Assembly (NCBI RefSeq): GCF_001194135.2
Contig: NC_068984.1
Location: 130,479,744-130,543,743, forward strand
DNA: 64,000 nt
From: Octopus bimaculoides
Taxonomy: Eukaryota
Direction: 5' to 3'
The notes under the pieces were generated by a model that was not told the DNA's origin, made no database searches, and saw only the letters and a list, made by a program, of their open reading frames with translations. The position numbers were made by a program, and so were the translations under genes. Positions 27,544 to 42,085 of this stretch are shown here, one piece after another (position 1 is the first letter of the stretch; every line of letters starts with the position of its first letter).

Positions 27544-30500
27544 ACAGCTGCCAGTATAAGTACTAGTAGATTTTCAGGACCAAATTGCAACTCTTTCACA
27601 CTTTTAGGCTCATCCAAGATATTGAAATCTGGAAATTTAGTCTTAATACCTTCAACATACCTAGCTACCAGGTTGTTATTAAGTCATGATTGATCAAGAT
27701 TAAGGATTACATATCACCGTCCTCATTCCAGCACTTAACACATTATACTAACTTACTCCTCTAAGACTGAAATGTCTGGTATTCACTCTCTACTCCTGCT
27801 TTCCTTAAATGTCTGATAACATTGGCTCAATTCTGACTTCACAATTCAGTGAATTATAGGAAATGTGTCAATCAGTGAAATCAATTAATTTAAGTAACAT
27901 GCAAATTTCCAAATTTGCAGAAGCTATCTAACTCATCCATGCTGGCATGGAATAAAAAAGAATGTGAAACAACAAAAAAGATATATTTTTCAAAATATAC
28001 AAAAACCTTCAAAGATATATATTAACGAATGCTGTATTAACTATAATTGGAATGGAGAAAGAATATTCTGATTATAAGATTGGTGAGATTTAGATGAATA
28101 TTTTAGGAGCAAAGTTCATAATGTGAAACCTTCATTAGCAAATTTCTTCATAAAAACAGGCAATATATAACAAGTAATACACGAGAAAGATATGAGTCAT
28201 GTTCATGCAATATAGCAAGCAACAAGAAAGATATGGGAAACATACAGGCAATATTGCAAGCAACATGCAGGCAATATAACAAGCAATAGAGCAAGTCACA
28301 AGTTAAATTAAATAGTGGAAAAAATATCAAGGCAGAAATTTGAATACAAAGTAAACATAGTACAAGGTTTTTCTATTCAATTAGTTTTGTCTCTATCTCT
28401 AGGTACAAAAGAGTTTAAAACAGAATATGTACCTCCAGGTACACAAGAGTTTCACATTACATGACCTACCAGAATTACAATCTGTTTTATACTTCCTGGA
28501 ACAGAAGAGTTACAATATTGTTTCTGTGAATACAAAAGTTGCTGTATAGTCTTATACTACATAATTATCAAGAGTTACACAGAATCTGTTTGTAACTCTT
28601 TGAAGACAATAGTTAATGGTAAGAAAAATGCTCAAGTTCTTTTCCTTGCTGTTGATACAGTGACCAAAGGATGTGATTTGATACAAAGACTTATTGTAAT
28701 CAATACTATAGGCCACCAAGAACTGATGTTCAACAATTGAACTATGGTAAGAGTGTAAGAGAGTAAAATGCTAACTACAAGAGAAAAGGCAGACAAAAAC
28801 TAAAAGAGGGTACAAATTTTAACACCAAAAGTGAAAAGGTGAACTGACAACTTAAATAATTTCCCTTCACCTGATTATTCGTGGCGATGTTGTTAGTGGT
28901 GGTGAGAATGGAGAAAGAATAACTCTCGCACTATCTCTATTAAAGAATTTGATGCCCAAAACTTACATAAACAGTGAAGAACATTTAGTGAGTGAGAAAT
29001 TGCTTAGCTAGTTCTGAAGAGAAATACAGTCTATGACAGAAAGAGAGTTTAATTCACTGGAAGCCATCTTACAAATGATGAAGACACCTTTGATTAATCC
29101 TCACTGCATAGGAACCAAGTATTCTCTTGGTTCTTATGCATGTGCACATAAAACATGGGAACTGAGTCAACTTATTTTTGAAAGTGGGGAACTTTCTGAA
29201 ATTCTCCACATTTCATATGACAGAGTAAACATTTTATTTTATAAATAATAAAAAGAAGTTTCAAGAACCAATTTGCATATATTACCACGTTACATCACCA
29301 GCAAAAAATTTAATCAGCACAGTGAGGATTAAGGAGGATTTCATTAAAACTCCATGGGAATTGCATATTTAAAGAAGCTTACAAAACTAAAGCTTTGACA
29401 AGGAGAAACTGTATATGATGAAAAGGTTGACAACAAATATAATTTTGACAAAGGAAAATGATTAATTTTACTGAAAGACCAGCTACAAATACTGCAGATA
29501 TTTATACAGCTTAAAAGGTTACCCAAGGAAAATAATTTGGTGGGGGTTTTTGAGAAAATATTTAAAACTATCATCATAACTTCTTTAAAATGAAACCATA
29601 TTTTAGAAGATACCTATATTAAAAACTATTGAAAATGATGATTGTAATATGATAAAAATAACAAGCCTGTTGTATGCAGTGCTCAGGTGTATTGTAATGT
29701 ATTAGTTTTAAGTAGAATGTGAATGTGATTTATATAATGATTGAACAATTTTCGTAACTGAATGTACTTCCACGTGCTAACCACATATTCATTGAATGTA
29801 AGTAGAATGATTTATCAGTAATATTGAAGTAAATGAATTTATGTACTTTGACTAGAGGCCTGACAAAAACCATGTGAAAAAAACAATCATGGCCTTTGCA
29901 GGCTCTCTCTGATTGTTGAGTCTGATGTAGTCGATGAAAGGAAGCAGGGAGGGAATTTCAAAGTGCTGCACTCTGAGAAGAAAGGGCCAGGTGAAGTGTG
30001 ACTATAATAAAGTTTGAATACTTGATGAATGTAATCAATAGTCTAGCAGTGAAACCTCACAACCATGGCATCCCCTCCCTAAAAATAAATTAGAACAGTT
30101 ACCGTTTAGTGTATTGTGGCTACAGCTAAATAAAGACATGAAGTTATTTAAATCATATGTTACCTAATACTGAGTGGTATCAGTCCAGTTAATCACAGGT
30201 GTTAACTTACAGTAGCCAAGATAACGAAGGTTGTCATTTAGTGTCGAACTGTGGTATGTGGGAATAGTTTCTTGCATTATTAACCATGAACAGTTCCATA
30301 ACTACAAAATTACAGGCCTAGCATATATAGACAGGGCCTGAATCTTGAGATCAAAAATAAAATAACTTCTAGCACTTAGCATTTTTATGCTGGTGCCATG
30401 CAGCAAAGCACCCATGCTGGTTACATGTTGAAAAGCATCCGTGCTCATGTGATGTAAATATTTCAACAATTTTTTAAATATAATTCCTAATAATATTTAA

Positions 30501-31107
30501 TTATATAAATATAATAGGATATAAACAATACTGAACACACATACCCAAGATATGCATTTTGCCAGTATGTGGGCAGGCTGCGATTTATAGGCATAAGAGA
30601 ATATATTCTCATCAATTCGCCTGGTGTTAAAACACCTGGAAGTCATAGACAAGCGAGATAACTTGCATCAGGTCTTGTTACATGAGCAGCAGACATTATT
30701 ATTTTGTCATTCTTATGACTTTTCAAGCGAGTTATTGTGCTTTTCTATGGCTTCCAGATGTTTTAACATCAGGCAAATTGATGAGAATATATTCTTTTAT
30801 GCCTATAAACCATAGCCTAGCCATGAAATGGCAAAACACATACCTTGCATGTGTGTGTTTGATATTGTTTATATCCTTCAGGCTGCTTCTCATTCATATT
30901 TGAATCATAGGGTATGTCAAAACATCAAATAGCTATGAAGATCAATCTGACTGAAACAGAAATCAAAAGGGGGGTCTATAGGTAAAAAGGGGTTGAGAAC
31001 CATCCCTATAGAGTAGCTCAATGGTTATGTTACTGTTAGATACACTATCCTGGGGTTCAGTTCTGAAATATATTGTTACAGCTATAGTATTTGTCTTTAT
31101 ATCTTAC

Positions 31108-31143
31108 CTGTGTTCGGACCTTTCTTATACAATGTAATCCTAT
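31108..31143 (-). CDS. ASAP: Candidate 36-nt ASAP exon (DRITLYKKGPNT)
   Basis: tttatagcag|...ACAG|gtaaga; phase 1-1 and open. Confidence 0.6.
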
Positions 31144-31714
31144 CTGCTATAAACATGATAAACCAAATCAATATAGTAGTAGTAGTAGTCGTAGTTACAA
31201 TAACCCACCAAGTGAAACAAACAAAACGATTTTAGTAGTAGCTTTATTAATGATAGCGTTGTTGATATAAAATAAAGAGAAATTATTTGCATTCATGCTG
31301 TATAAAACTGAAGAGAGAGTATTTCAAGATAGAAGTTGATGTACCGGTAATTGTAGAGGAAGCAGAAGAAGTAATACTATGTTCATAATAAACATGAACC
31401 ATACATTCATCTATCTATCTATCTATCTATCTAGCTATATCTATATATATTTAATATATGAATATAAATATATAGATATATATAGATACACATCTGTACA
31501 CACACACGCACACACATACTCTTTAGGTCTTGTTGGAGATCATCTCTCTCTCTTACAAGGAACAGATTGACACTGACTTTGAAGTCACTGTCAACCCTTT
31601 CCTAAATTTGAAAATCCACTTCAAATGTATTGTGTAATCATTTAATTAATGTTTGACATTCTTGATATATAACTATCTAAAAAATGGTACACACACACAC
31701 ACATTTATACAACC

Positions 31715-31771
<57 letters not shown>

Positions 31772-32154
31772 CATACATACACTCATATATGTATAATTAT
31801 ATACATTCATACACTGTATATATTCTGCAAGAGTGCTGGACGTAGTCAGATGGTTACCGGGGTTAGGGCTTTTCTATGAATAAGGCACACATTACGAACA
31901 ATGCAGCAGATGTAAAGCCAATCTTGGTAGAGTGATGGAATGTGAACGAGAGAATGAAGACGACGACGAAGAAATGTTGAAGAACACCAGCAAGAAGAGA
32001 TGAAGAGGAAGGAGAAAAAAACAAAGGAAAGAAGGAAGAATGTTTTTAAACAAAAATGAAAAAAAAACAATCAACACAAACAAAAAAAAAACTTCACAAA
32101 AACAAAATGCAGGTAGCCAGAGCAATGGTTGTCTAGACGGACTGCAATCCTTAC

Positions 32155-32448
32155 CTACAGGAACATGCATGGTATTGCGATTCTCAGGACTGGGTGGTTT
32201 GAACCGTGGAGGTGGCGGGTCTGAAGGCGTACGATAGTGACCCAAGAAAGAGGCATTGGGCTCGGACCAGTTCCTTGTATGGCCAGATGTTGGCGGTGGA
32301 ACAGGGGCTGGTGGCTTCTTTTTGGGCGGCAGTGGAGGCAGACTTGGTCCGCCTGCACCGCTGTGATTATAGCTGTAGGAAGTGGTGTGCAGCAAGGTTC
32401 CGTTGGTCTGTGAAGGTGCCGCTCCACCGATGCTATAGTGATTCAAAC
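32155..32448 (-). CDS. ASAP: ASAP proline-rich exon (LNHYSIGG...PSLPPLPPKKKPPAPVPPP...RTPSDPPPPRFKPPSPENRNTMHVPV)
   Basis: ttgcatcag|...GTAG|gtaagg; 294 nt, phase 1-1; PxxPxK/R motifs typical of the ASAP Pro-rich domain. Confidence 0.88.
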
Positions 32449-33861
32449 CTGATGCAAATAATGCTGATGAGGCAAAATAAACAACATGTCAATACAAGAA
32501 ACTTGCTTTGAGAGAGCAAATTGAGGAGATAGAGGAAGCGAGAGAGAGAAAAAGGGGTAAGGCAGGGAGGGAGGGTGGAAGGGAGATAGAGAGTGAAGGA
32601 GGGAGGGAGAAAGAAAGTGAGACAGGTAGGGACAGAGAAGGAACAATGAAATAAAAAGAGGAGGAGGAGGAGAAAAGAAAGATTGTATAATGAAAGAAAG
32701 GGAAGAGAAAAATACATAGGGAAACACACAGAATATTTACATATGTACCTTAACTTAATTTACATATTTACATCTGTACCTTAACTTAATTTTGCACTGC
32801 TGCAGTCATCAGGCAATTTTATTACTTGATGACAGTTGCAATGTGAAATGCAGAAAAGCAATCCGTGAAGACACAACTGTAAACATGTATTATTTTCACT
32901 TTACCAAGCTGTACAGAGTACTACTTGTGTTCAGGTGTAAAATAATTGTAAGCACCAAAACAGGATTTTGTCAGGGATTGATGATGGCAGTAAGTGACAA
33001 ACCATTCAGGTCCCTGGTGGACACATTAAAAACTTGTTTTTGTTAGTAACTGAGCTGACTGAGCTTAACCCATTAGATACCCAGTTGTAAACAACCTAAC
33101 CTTTTACAGATAAACAACATATTGAAATGTCATTAACAATTTTGTCTTTGGTGTCTTTTCATTGACAGATCACAGCTAATATAGGTAGTTTTGTCTGGTA
33201 ACTAGTGAGTGGTCTGGAATGATTCTATTACTTAAATGTATACACTAATATAAGCATTTTCACTTACATGTATGTTCCATTTTTTAAAATGGTTACATAC
33301 AAAACAGACCATTTGAATTATCTGTACAGCTGAAACCTATGCAATAATAGATGAAGAGTTGACATTATATTGTGTAATAAACACTGTCTATTCTACAACA
33401 CTACTGAGTTTTCTGTGTTTTTTTTCATGTTATCACACACTGATAAACATTACAGTATGTGTGTGTGTGTATACAAGCATAGCTGTGTGGGTAAGAAGCT
33501 TGTTTTGCAACCACATGGTTTCAAGTCCAGCCCCATTGTGTGGCACCTTGAGTAAGTGTCCTCTACTATAGCTTGGACCAACCAATGCTTTGTGAGCAAA
33601 TTTGGTGGACACAAACTGTGTGGAACTGTTTTTGTGTATGTGTGTCTTTGTGTTTCTCCCTCACCATTGCTTGACAACCAGCATTCCTTTTTCTTTTTAT
33701 ATCCCTGTAACTTAGCAGTTTGGCATAGAAACTGATAGAATAAGTATCAGACCTAAAAAGTAAGTACTGGGGTTGATTTGTTCAATTAAAACCCTTCAAG
33801 GCAGTGCCCCAGCATGGCCACAGTACAATGACTGAAATAAAAGATGAAAAAGATAAAAGAC

Positions 33862-33902
<41 letters not shown>

Positions 33903-36305
33903 ATCATCATCACCATTTTAGCATCCACTTTTCTATGTTTGCATGGATCAGATGCAATTTGTTGAAACAGATTTTCTACACCTGGATGGCCTTCCTGTTG
34001 CTAACCCTCATTTGGTCCCAAACAAGGTAATATTTCCTCATGGACTACGTTTAACTTAATAGCACCACCTGGAACAGCATTTTAAGGCAGGTGTTAGGAC
34101 ACCATTGCACACTCAAATAGGGAGGTGTTTGCCAAGGTGTATACAAGTTTTGGTGGTTTATCTGCTATTTCTAGGAGGAATTTGTCCAGGTAACATTCGA
34201 ATGTCATAGGATCAATCGTGTGTACTCATGCATGATGAAGCACACAAAGAAAGAGAAGAAAAATGTTTGAAATGATAAGATGATTTTTGAGAGGCTGTGA
34301 TAAAAGATATGATGAGAAAAGAGCTTGTAGTGGATAAGAGAGAGAGGGAGGGAGAGATAGGAGGAGAGAGAAGGAAGGAGAAACAGAGGGAGGGGGAGAG
34401 AGAGAGGGAGGGAGAAAGGGATGGTAAAAGAAGTGAGTGAGAGAAGAGGTCTGTGAAGCAAGTAAAACCTGAAGTTGTAAAGTTGACATTGTGATGAGTA
34501 TTTTAAGATATTCATTGATGAGTAACTCATATTTGTAATGCAGCATTTGAGTAACATATCTGTAACCCATATGAGGCATGTGACTTATTTGTAATATACA
34601 TGAGTTGTATGGCACATCTGTAACACAAGAGTCAAGTGGCAGGTCTTTGTTACGACAGCAGTTAAGAGACTGGTTTGTAACATAGGAGTTCTAGTGATGT
34701 CCATGCTGGCATGGGTTGGACGGTTTGGCCAGGGCTGGCCAGCTGGGGAGCTGCACCAGGCTCCAGTCTGATCTGGCAAGGTTTCTACAGCTGGATGCCC
34801 TTCCTAATGCCAACCAAAGTTGGGTCTTTTTATGTAGCATTGTATGAGAATTTTTACATGGCACCAGTACAAGTGCTTTTTATGTGGAACTGGCACAAAA
34901 CTCTTGTAGGCCAGTCCTCTTCACCAGGGGAAGTAGCCTTAACACTTCTGTTATGAAGTACAGGTCTTCTTGAGTACGTTTCAATATTTTGCCACCTCAC
35001 CTGAAAGGTTCAGTATGCTGATGTCATCCTAGCACCAGGGACCAAATAAGCTTATGGAAGGTCCAATTTGCATAAAGGACCTGGTCGGAGGATCCTATTC
35101 TGTAATAACATTCCACAATACCATGTGCTTCCTGTCCTCTCTGTGTACCTGCTTCTTGCCACTCTCTTTGTTAACTTGCCTCTTCCTGCCCTCTCTGTCT
35201 CTTTTCTATTTACATTCTCCTCTCCCTCCCATTCTCTGTGCATTTGCCGCTTCACCTCTCTGCATTTACTTTCACTTTCTCCAAATAACAGTCTCTGCAA
35301 TTAACAGGGTTTTTCTATATCACTGATAAAGATGCTGCAAGAGAGGAATGGGAGAGGGGTGGGGGTGGGGGTGATGAGGGGAAGGGAAACAGAAAAAGAA
35401 AAAACTGAAAAATAAGGATTACTTAGAAAAACCAAAAAAAAAAAAAAATTCAAATAATGATAATGATAAATAAAAATATATATATATACAAAAATGAAAA
35501 AAAAAAAAAAAAAAGAATTTCTAAAAATTCTGTGCCAACTACTAAAACTGCATTGTTACATTAGTCATATTGTCCTGGTAAATAATGCAGAAATGCACTT
35601 GTAAATAGTGTGATGATGCACAAAGAAATAACACAGAATCTGTGAATATTTGCAGAAAATCATTTCTAATGACATTTAGTAATGCACGAGGACTACAATA
35701 ACTACAAGAATGCACCTGAAATCTACAGTAATGTATGAGGTGTACATATCAAAATTGCATAGATACATATGTGAAACTTTGTGTTCCTGCAAAACAAAAA
35801 AATACTAAGCTATGTACTTGTAAAGTTACATAGATTCACATTTATAGCAAACAATGGTGAATTTGATGATATATATGATAATATATNNNNNNNNNNNNNN
35901 NNNNNNNNNNNNNNNNNNNNNNNNNNNNNNNNNNNNNNNNNNNNNNNNNNNNNNNNNNNNNNNNNNNNNNNNNNNNNNNNNNNNNNNNNNNNNNNNNNNN
36001 NNNNNNNNNNNNNNNNNNNNNNNNNNNNNNNNNNNNNNNNNNNNNNNNNNNNNNNNNNNNNNNNNNNNNNNNNNNNNNNNNNNNNNNNNNNNNNNNNNNN
36101 NNNNNNNNNNNNNNNNNNNNNGCGTACGAGCACTTTGGTCTCTTATATGTATATGTATATATATATACAATAATATAAATAATATATAAATATATGCATA
36201 TATCCATACATATATGTACATACCTACATCTATGGATATATGCATATATTTATATATTATTTCTATTATTATATGATCGAACACCACGCATCCTTTTCCA
36301 AGTAA

Positions 36306-36344
<39 letters not shown>

Positions 36345-37330
36345 CTATATATGTGTGTGTGTATGTAGGTATATATATCATCATCATCATCATCGTTTAA
36401 CATCCGGTATGTGTGTGTGTGTGTATATATATATGTGTGTATATATATATATATATATACCTGTATGCAGCACAGCATTGGTAACACCTGCAAAGATCAC
36501 ATATACATAATTGACACTTGCGCATTGCACTGCACCAATAAACCTTGTAAAACACTGTGGGCGTGAAAAATCAGTTAAATATATCTGCAGCTTATAAGCA
36601 ATGCACCTGCAGTGTGTTTTTTGGGGTGGGAGGGTGAGGTAAACGTTCAGGGGTGTCAGGATGGAATTAACAATTAAATAGCTACATGCTTACACAGAAC
36701 ATTAAGACTTTAAACAAATCACACATGCAAATGTATGCAGATTTTAAAACAATACAGATCTATTTTATGTTTGATTTTAAATTGGTGCCGACTGATATTA
36801 TTGATACATCTTGAACTTAGTGTTACACAAAATGTGCTGCATTGATGTGGTCAAAATATGTATATATATATATGTGTGTGTGTGTGTGTATGTATGCATG
36901 TGTGAGTATGTGTGCAATATATCTAAATGTAAGTGTTTGAGTTTTTATATGCATGAGAGGTGTAACAGTATTGCTAACAACTTGGGTTTCAAAGGCCCAC
37001 AACTCTTCAACACCTCTGTCAAAACAACCTCACAGATCTGCAAGGTGTAGATGTGGATGTGTTTAAAGAATATTTGGTCAAACTTTCATCTGAAGTGCCA
37101 GATGAACTAACTTCATGACAAGAAACACAAAGACGATCAGTTCTTCCCAATGGTCTACTTCACTAGAAAGAGTTCTGAAGAGTGGACCAAGAAAGGAGTG
37201 TGAAATAAAATGCAATCATGCTAAAGGCAGTGCCCCAGCATGACCACAGCCTGTGGCTGAAATCAGTAAAAGTAATATGAAAGAGTGTAAGTGGTGTGTG
37301 TACTTGCATATGCATGTGTGTATTTATGCA

Positions 37331-37696
37331 CATGGTTCTGGGTTCAGTCCCACTGTGTGGCACCTTGGGCAAGTGGCTTCTACTATAGCCTCGGGCCGAC
37401 CAAAGCCTTGTGAGTGGATTTGGTAGATGGAAACAGAAAGAAGCCTGTCGTATATATGTATATATATATGTATGTGTGTGTATATGTTTGTGTGTCTGTG
37501 TTTGTCCCCCCAACATCGCTTGACAACCGATGCTGGTGTGTTTACGTCCCCGTAACTTAGCGGTTCAGCATAAGAGACCTATAGAATAAGTACTAAGCTT
37601 ACAAAGAATACGTCCTGGGGTCGATTTGCTCGACTAAAGGCAGTGCTCCAGCATGGCCGCAGTCAAATGACTGAAACAAGTAAAAGAGTAAAAGAG
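37331..37696 (+). mobile_element. tRNA-derived SINE with CORE-like central block, near full length
   Basis: GGTTCAGTCCC B-box, GCACCTTGGGCAAGTG block and (GTAAAAGA)n tail; near-identical to the copy at 55723-56053. Confidence 0.85.
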
Positions 37697-38759
37697 TATA
37701 TATATATATATATATATNNNNNNNNNNNNNNNNNNNNNNNNNNNNNNNNNNNNNNNNNNNNNNNNNNNNNNNNNNNNNNNNNNNNNNNNNNNNNNNNNNN
37801 NNNNNNNNNNNNNNNNNNNNNNNNNNNNNNNNNNNNNNNNNNNNNNNNNNNNNNNNNNNNNNNNNNNNNNNNNNNNNNNNNNNNNNNNNNNNNNNNNNNN
37901 NNNNNNNNNNNNNNNNNNNNNNNNNNNNNNNNNNNNNNNNNNNNNNNNNNNNNNNNNNNNNNNNNNATATATATATATATACATACATATAATACAAGCA
38001 TATAACACTCATATCTAGTACTTGGCGTTTCCCAGCAACAGCAGATAAGATTTTAGCCAATTTCCAGCTACCGTTTCATCAGTTCTCATGTGCGTCTATT
38101 ATATGCAAGTGTTCCATCCTTGTATTGTATATTCAATTTAGTCCTCTATTTCAATATTGGTGTGTATTTGTTTCATTTTTACACATTGGCTTGTCAATAT
38201 ATATATCATTTTTAAAAAATAAAAAAAATTAAATACAGGTTCAGTCCCACTGCACAGCACCTTGGGCACATGCCTTCTACTATAGCCTGGGCTGACCAAA
38301 ACCTTGTAAGTAGATTTAGTAGACAGAAACTGAAAGAAGCTCATATATATATATATGTTGAAGACACATACTCCTCTCCTTCTGTAACAGTTTCTTTATC
38401 CAGTCTATACCTCACTCAGTTGAGGGGTCTTATCTTGTGAGAACTTGGCAACCTCACCAGTGCTGGTGCCACATAAAAAGCACCCAGTACACACTGTAAA
38501 ATGGCATTAGGAAGGGCATCTAGCAGTAGAAACTATGCTAAATGAGACATAGAATCTGGCAGAGCCCTCTTGCTTGTCTGTTCTTGTCAAACTGCCCAAT
38601 CCATGCCAGCATAGAAAAAGGAACGATGATGATGATGATATATATGCGATTCCATGACATTCTGTAATACATTGATCTCGCTATATCATAGCACATTTGA
38701 TAGCTGATATTTGTGGACGAGCTTTGTAAAGCAAACTGCAAGGTTTATACCTACATTGA

Positions 38760-38807
<48 letters not shown>

Positions 38808-39446
38808 TTAAATTTGGGTTGAGCTATGAGGAATAATTACCTTGCTTGGAAATAGGTGAGGGCTGGTGACAGAAAGCACACCCAGTCACAAAAAAATCTG
38901 CCTCAACAAATTCCATCTGACTTATGCAAGCATGGAAACTTGATGTTAAATGATGAAGATGATGATGATGATGATGGCGGTGAATGTGATGATGATGGTG
39001 GTGGTGGTGGTAATTATGACGATGATGATGGTGATGACAGTGATGATGATGATGATGGTAATGACAGTGATGATGATGATGACAATAATGATGTCCTGGG
39101 GTGTTCAGTTCTTAAAAAAGCCACAGCTGACACTTAGTGATCATTTGAATCCAAGAAATGAACCACTCCAAAAGGAGTTTAGTATGTCTTGTGTAGCATC
39201 TATAAATATTTTAGCAGAAAAATGTCAATAAACTGGACGTGAAGAAGAAACAAAAAAAAAACAAAAAAACTTTTAGGAAAGTTTTAAAGAATTTGCTGCT
39301 TTTGAAGAGATTAGCAATAAAAGAAAGTTGAATAATTGAGAAGTTTAGTAATATAAATGGGCTGGAGTGGGAGAGAGATGAAGTTATAGGTTAAGATAGC
39401 ATACAAGAATGAGACCTCATATAAAGATAAGTTGTTGAGATAAAGT

Positions 39447-39505
39447 TACATCATAGAAGATAAGATACATCATAGAAGATAAGATACATCATAGAAGATA
39501 AGATA
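39447..39505 (+). repeat. 19-bp tandem repeat x3
   Basis: TACATCATAGAAGATAAGA unit. Confidence 0.85.
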
Positions 39506-39623
39506 GAATTCAGTATTACAAGATACCATATCACTTTATTATTCATAAAATAAACTTGATGATATGTTAGAGTTAAATTTAGAATAAGATTTACAAAATA
39601 TTAAGCAGAATGATATGTATGTA

Positions 39624-39673
<50 letters not shown>

Positions 39674-39743
39674 GGAGTAAGCACATAGAATGTGCAACAA
39701 GGTGGGAAAAAGAGTACTCAAATACCAGAGGTAGAGTAATATG

Positions 39744-39868
39744 CTTTATTTAAAAGCAGCAGAAATATAACAAAAGACTGTTACTCTGAGTTTCATGTTC
39801 CTGTTCATTGGGAACGTGAAACTCAGAGTAACAGTCTTTTGTTATATTTCTGCTGCTTTTAAATAAAG
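39744..39868. repeat. 125-bp fold-back (58-bp arms, 1 mismatch, 9-nt loop), probably Penelope-like in origin
   Basis: 39744-39801 is the reverse complement of 39811-39868; the right arm runs into the N-gap. Confidence 0.9.
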
Positions 39869-41795
39869 NNNNNNNNNNNNNNNNNNNNNNNNNNNNNNNN
39901 NNNNNNNNNNNNNNNNNNNNNNNNNNNNNNNNNNNNNNNNNNNNNNNNNNNNNNNNNNNNNNNNNNNNNNNNNNNNNNNNNNNNNNNNNNNNNNNNNNNN
40001 NNNNNNNNNNNNNNNNNNNNNNNNNNNNNNNNNNNNNNNNNNNNNNNNNNNNNNNNNNNNNNNNNNNNNNNNNNNNNNNNNNNNNNNNNNNNNNNNNNNN
40101 NNNNNNNNNNNNNNNNNNNNNNNNNNNNNNNNNNNNNNNNNNNNNNNNNNNNNNNNNNNNNNNNNNNNNNNNNNNNNNNNNNNNNNNNNNNNNNNNNNNN
40201 NNNNNNNNNNNNNNNNNNNNNNNNNNNNNNNNNNNNNNNNNNNNNNNNNNNNNNNNNNNNNNNNNNNNNNNNNNNNNNNNNNNNNNNNNNNNNNNNNNNN
40301 NNNNNNNNNNNNNNNNNNNNNNNNNNNNNNNNNNNNNNNNNNNNNNNNNNNNNNNNNNNNNNNNNNNNNNNNNNNNNNNNNNNNNNNNNNNNNNNNNNNN
40401 NNNNNNNNNNNNNNNNNNNNNNNNNNNNNNNNNNNNNNNNNNNNNNNNNNNNNNNNNNNNNNNNNNNNNNNNNNNNNNNNNNNNNNNNNNNNNNNNNNNN
40501 NNNNNNNNNNNNNNNNNNNNNNNNNNNNNNNNNNNNNNNNNNNNNNNNNNNNNNNNNNNNNNNNNNNNNNNNNNNNNNNNNNNNNNNNNNNNNNNNNNNN
40601 ATATATATATATATATATATACACACACACGTGTGTCCTGGGTATGATTTTAATCTATGTTCAGTAGGGAGAGCCTGGTTCAGGAGTCCCAGTGTTTCGA
40701 GTCATGTGGAAACACCACTTAACCACTGTTTTTCCTAGCTCAGCGGTGGGTTAGCTAGTATGTTACAGAATTGCCTCCAGAGGAAAGTCGTTCATAGACA
40801 CCTCAGTCTCATCTAAGAGAGGATAGCTCCACACCAATCCTACATCCTGGTAACTACTGGGTTCAGGGCATTCATTGCACCAAATACAAGTTTGAAGGAC
40901 AAGAGAGTAGGACTAGCTCTGCACAAGCCTACTAAAATAAATCCCTACTGTTTTGCAGGGTAATTTATTGAGCATTTAAAAAAGCTAATCTCCTCCAGAA
41001 AATCTAGGAGGGACTCTGAAAGAGATATTGTACATAATCAATATGTGGCATACCCTGTGGTGCTGTGGTTGCTACAAATGTATTGACTTGTCTTTCCTTT
41101 GTGATGTATCCATGAGTGGAAAGGTAGCAAGTATACTTGGGGCAAGGCACATAACTCTGGAAACAACCCAAGTACAGCAGAGGTGAATTAAGCTACTGTC
41201 TCTGCAATACCATTGACCAACAACATAAAAGACTGCCCATGGACATGTGCTCAAGCTTGAGTGAACACAAAATATTACCCAATGCAGCATTCCAGCACTT
41301 TTATTTAAAATACTATGAGTAAGTGAATAAGTAATTATTAAGTAAAAGAATTTTAAAGAACTGTCATGTATATCCAGCTTGGTTTCTTGTCACATTTGCA
41401 TTTTTCTTAGTTTCAATATGTTTCTATTTAGAAATGTCTAGCCTTCGTTATGTATTATTTGCAATGAAGGGAGAACTTCTCAATGTTGCTTCTAGTGTCA
41501 CAAGTTCAACAGATATTTTGTAGAAGAAAATAATGTTAAAAGTATTTTTAAGGAATTGAGGTAGGTCTAGATAAAGATCTGTGATTAACTCTGTTAAGAT
41601 ATGGAACAGATAATTATTACGTAGGAGAAAGGAGATTTCTTTGATTGTGTTATTAACATCATTATAAGTTAATTTATCAGTTTATCTGTCTTCTCTCTCT
41701 TTCTCTTTCTCTCTCTCTCTCTCACACACACACATGCTGTAACAAGAAAAGATTTCTTGACAAGAGTTTTTTTTCAGTGACATTCCCCATTGCTT

Positions 41796-42085
41796 GTACC
41801 TATTTTTGCAGATTTATAATTAAATGAACTGAAGTATATAGAATAAAGCATTCTACTGAAGGCATACTAAATACAATTACAAATAAATCACTTGGATAGG
41901 ACACCAATCTATCACAAGTAACTTTTCCAGATGATCTGGTACCTATTTTCTGCAATTATAATTAAATGAACAGAAGCTTGTAGAATAAAGTCTTCTGCTA
42001 AAGGTACACTGTGATCAAAAATAAATCTCCTCTGGGATAGGACAGCAAGCTATTGCAAGTAACTTTCCCAGATGATTTGGGACCA
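41796..42085 (+). repeat. Old tandem duplication, ~142-bp unit x2
   Basis: GTACCTATTTT...AATTAAATGAAC...GGATAGGAC...AAGTAACTTT.CCAGATGAT occurs twice. Confidence 0.75.
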
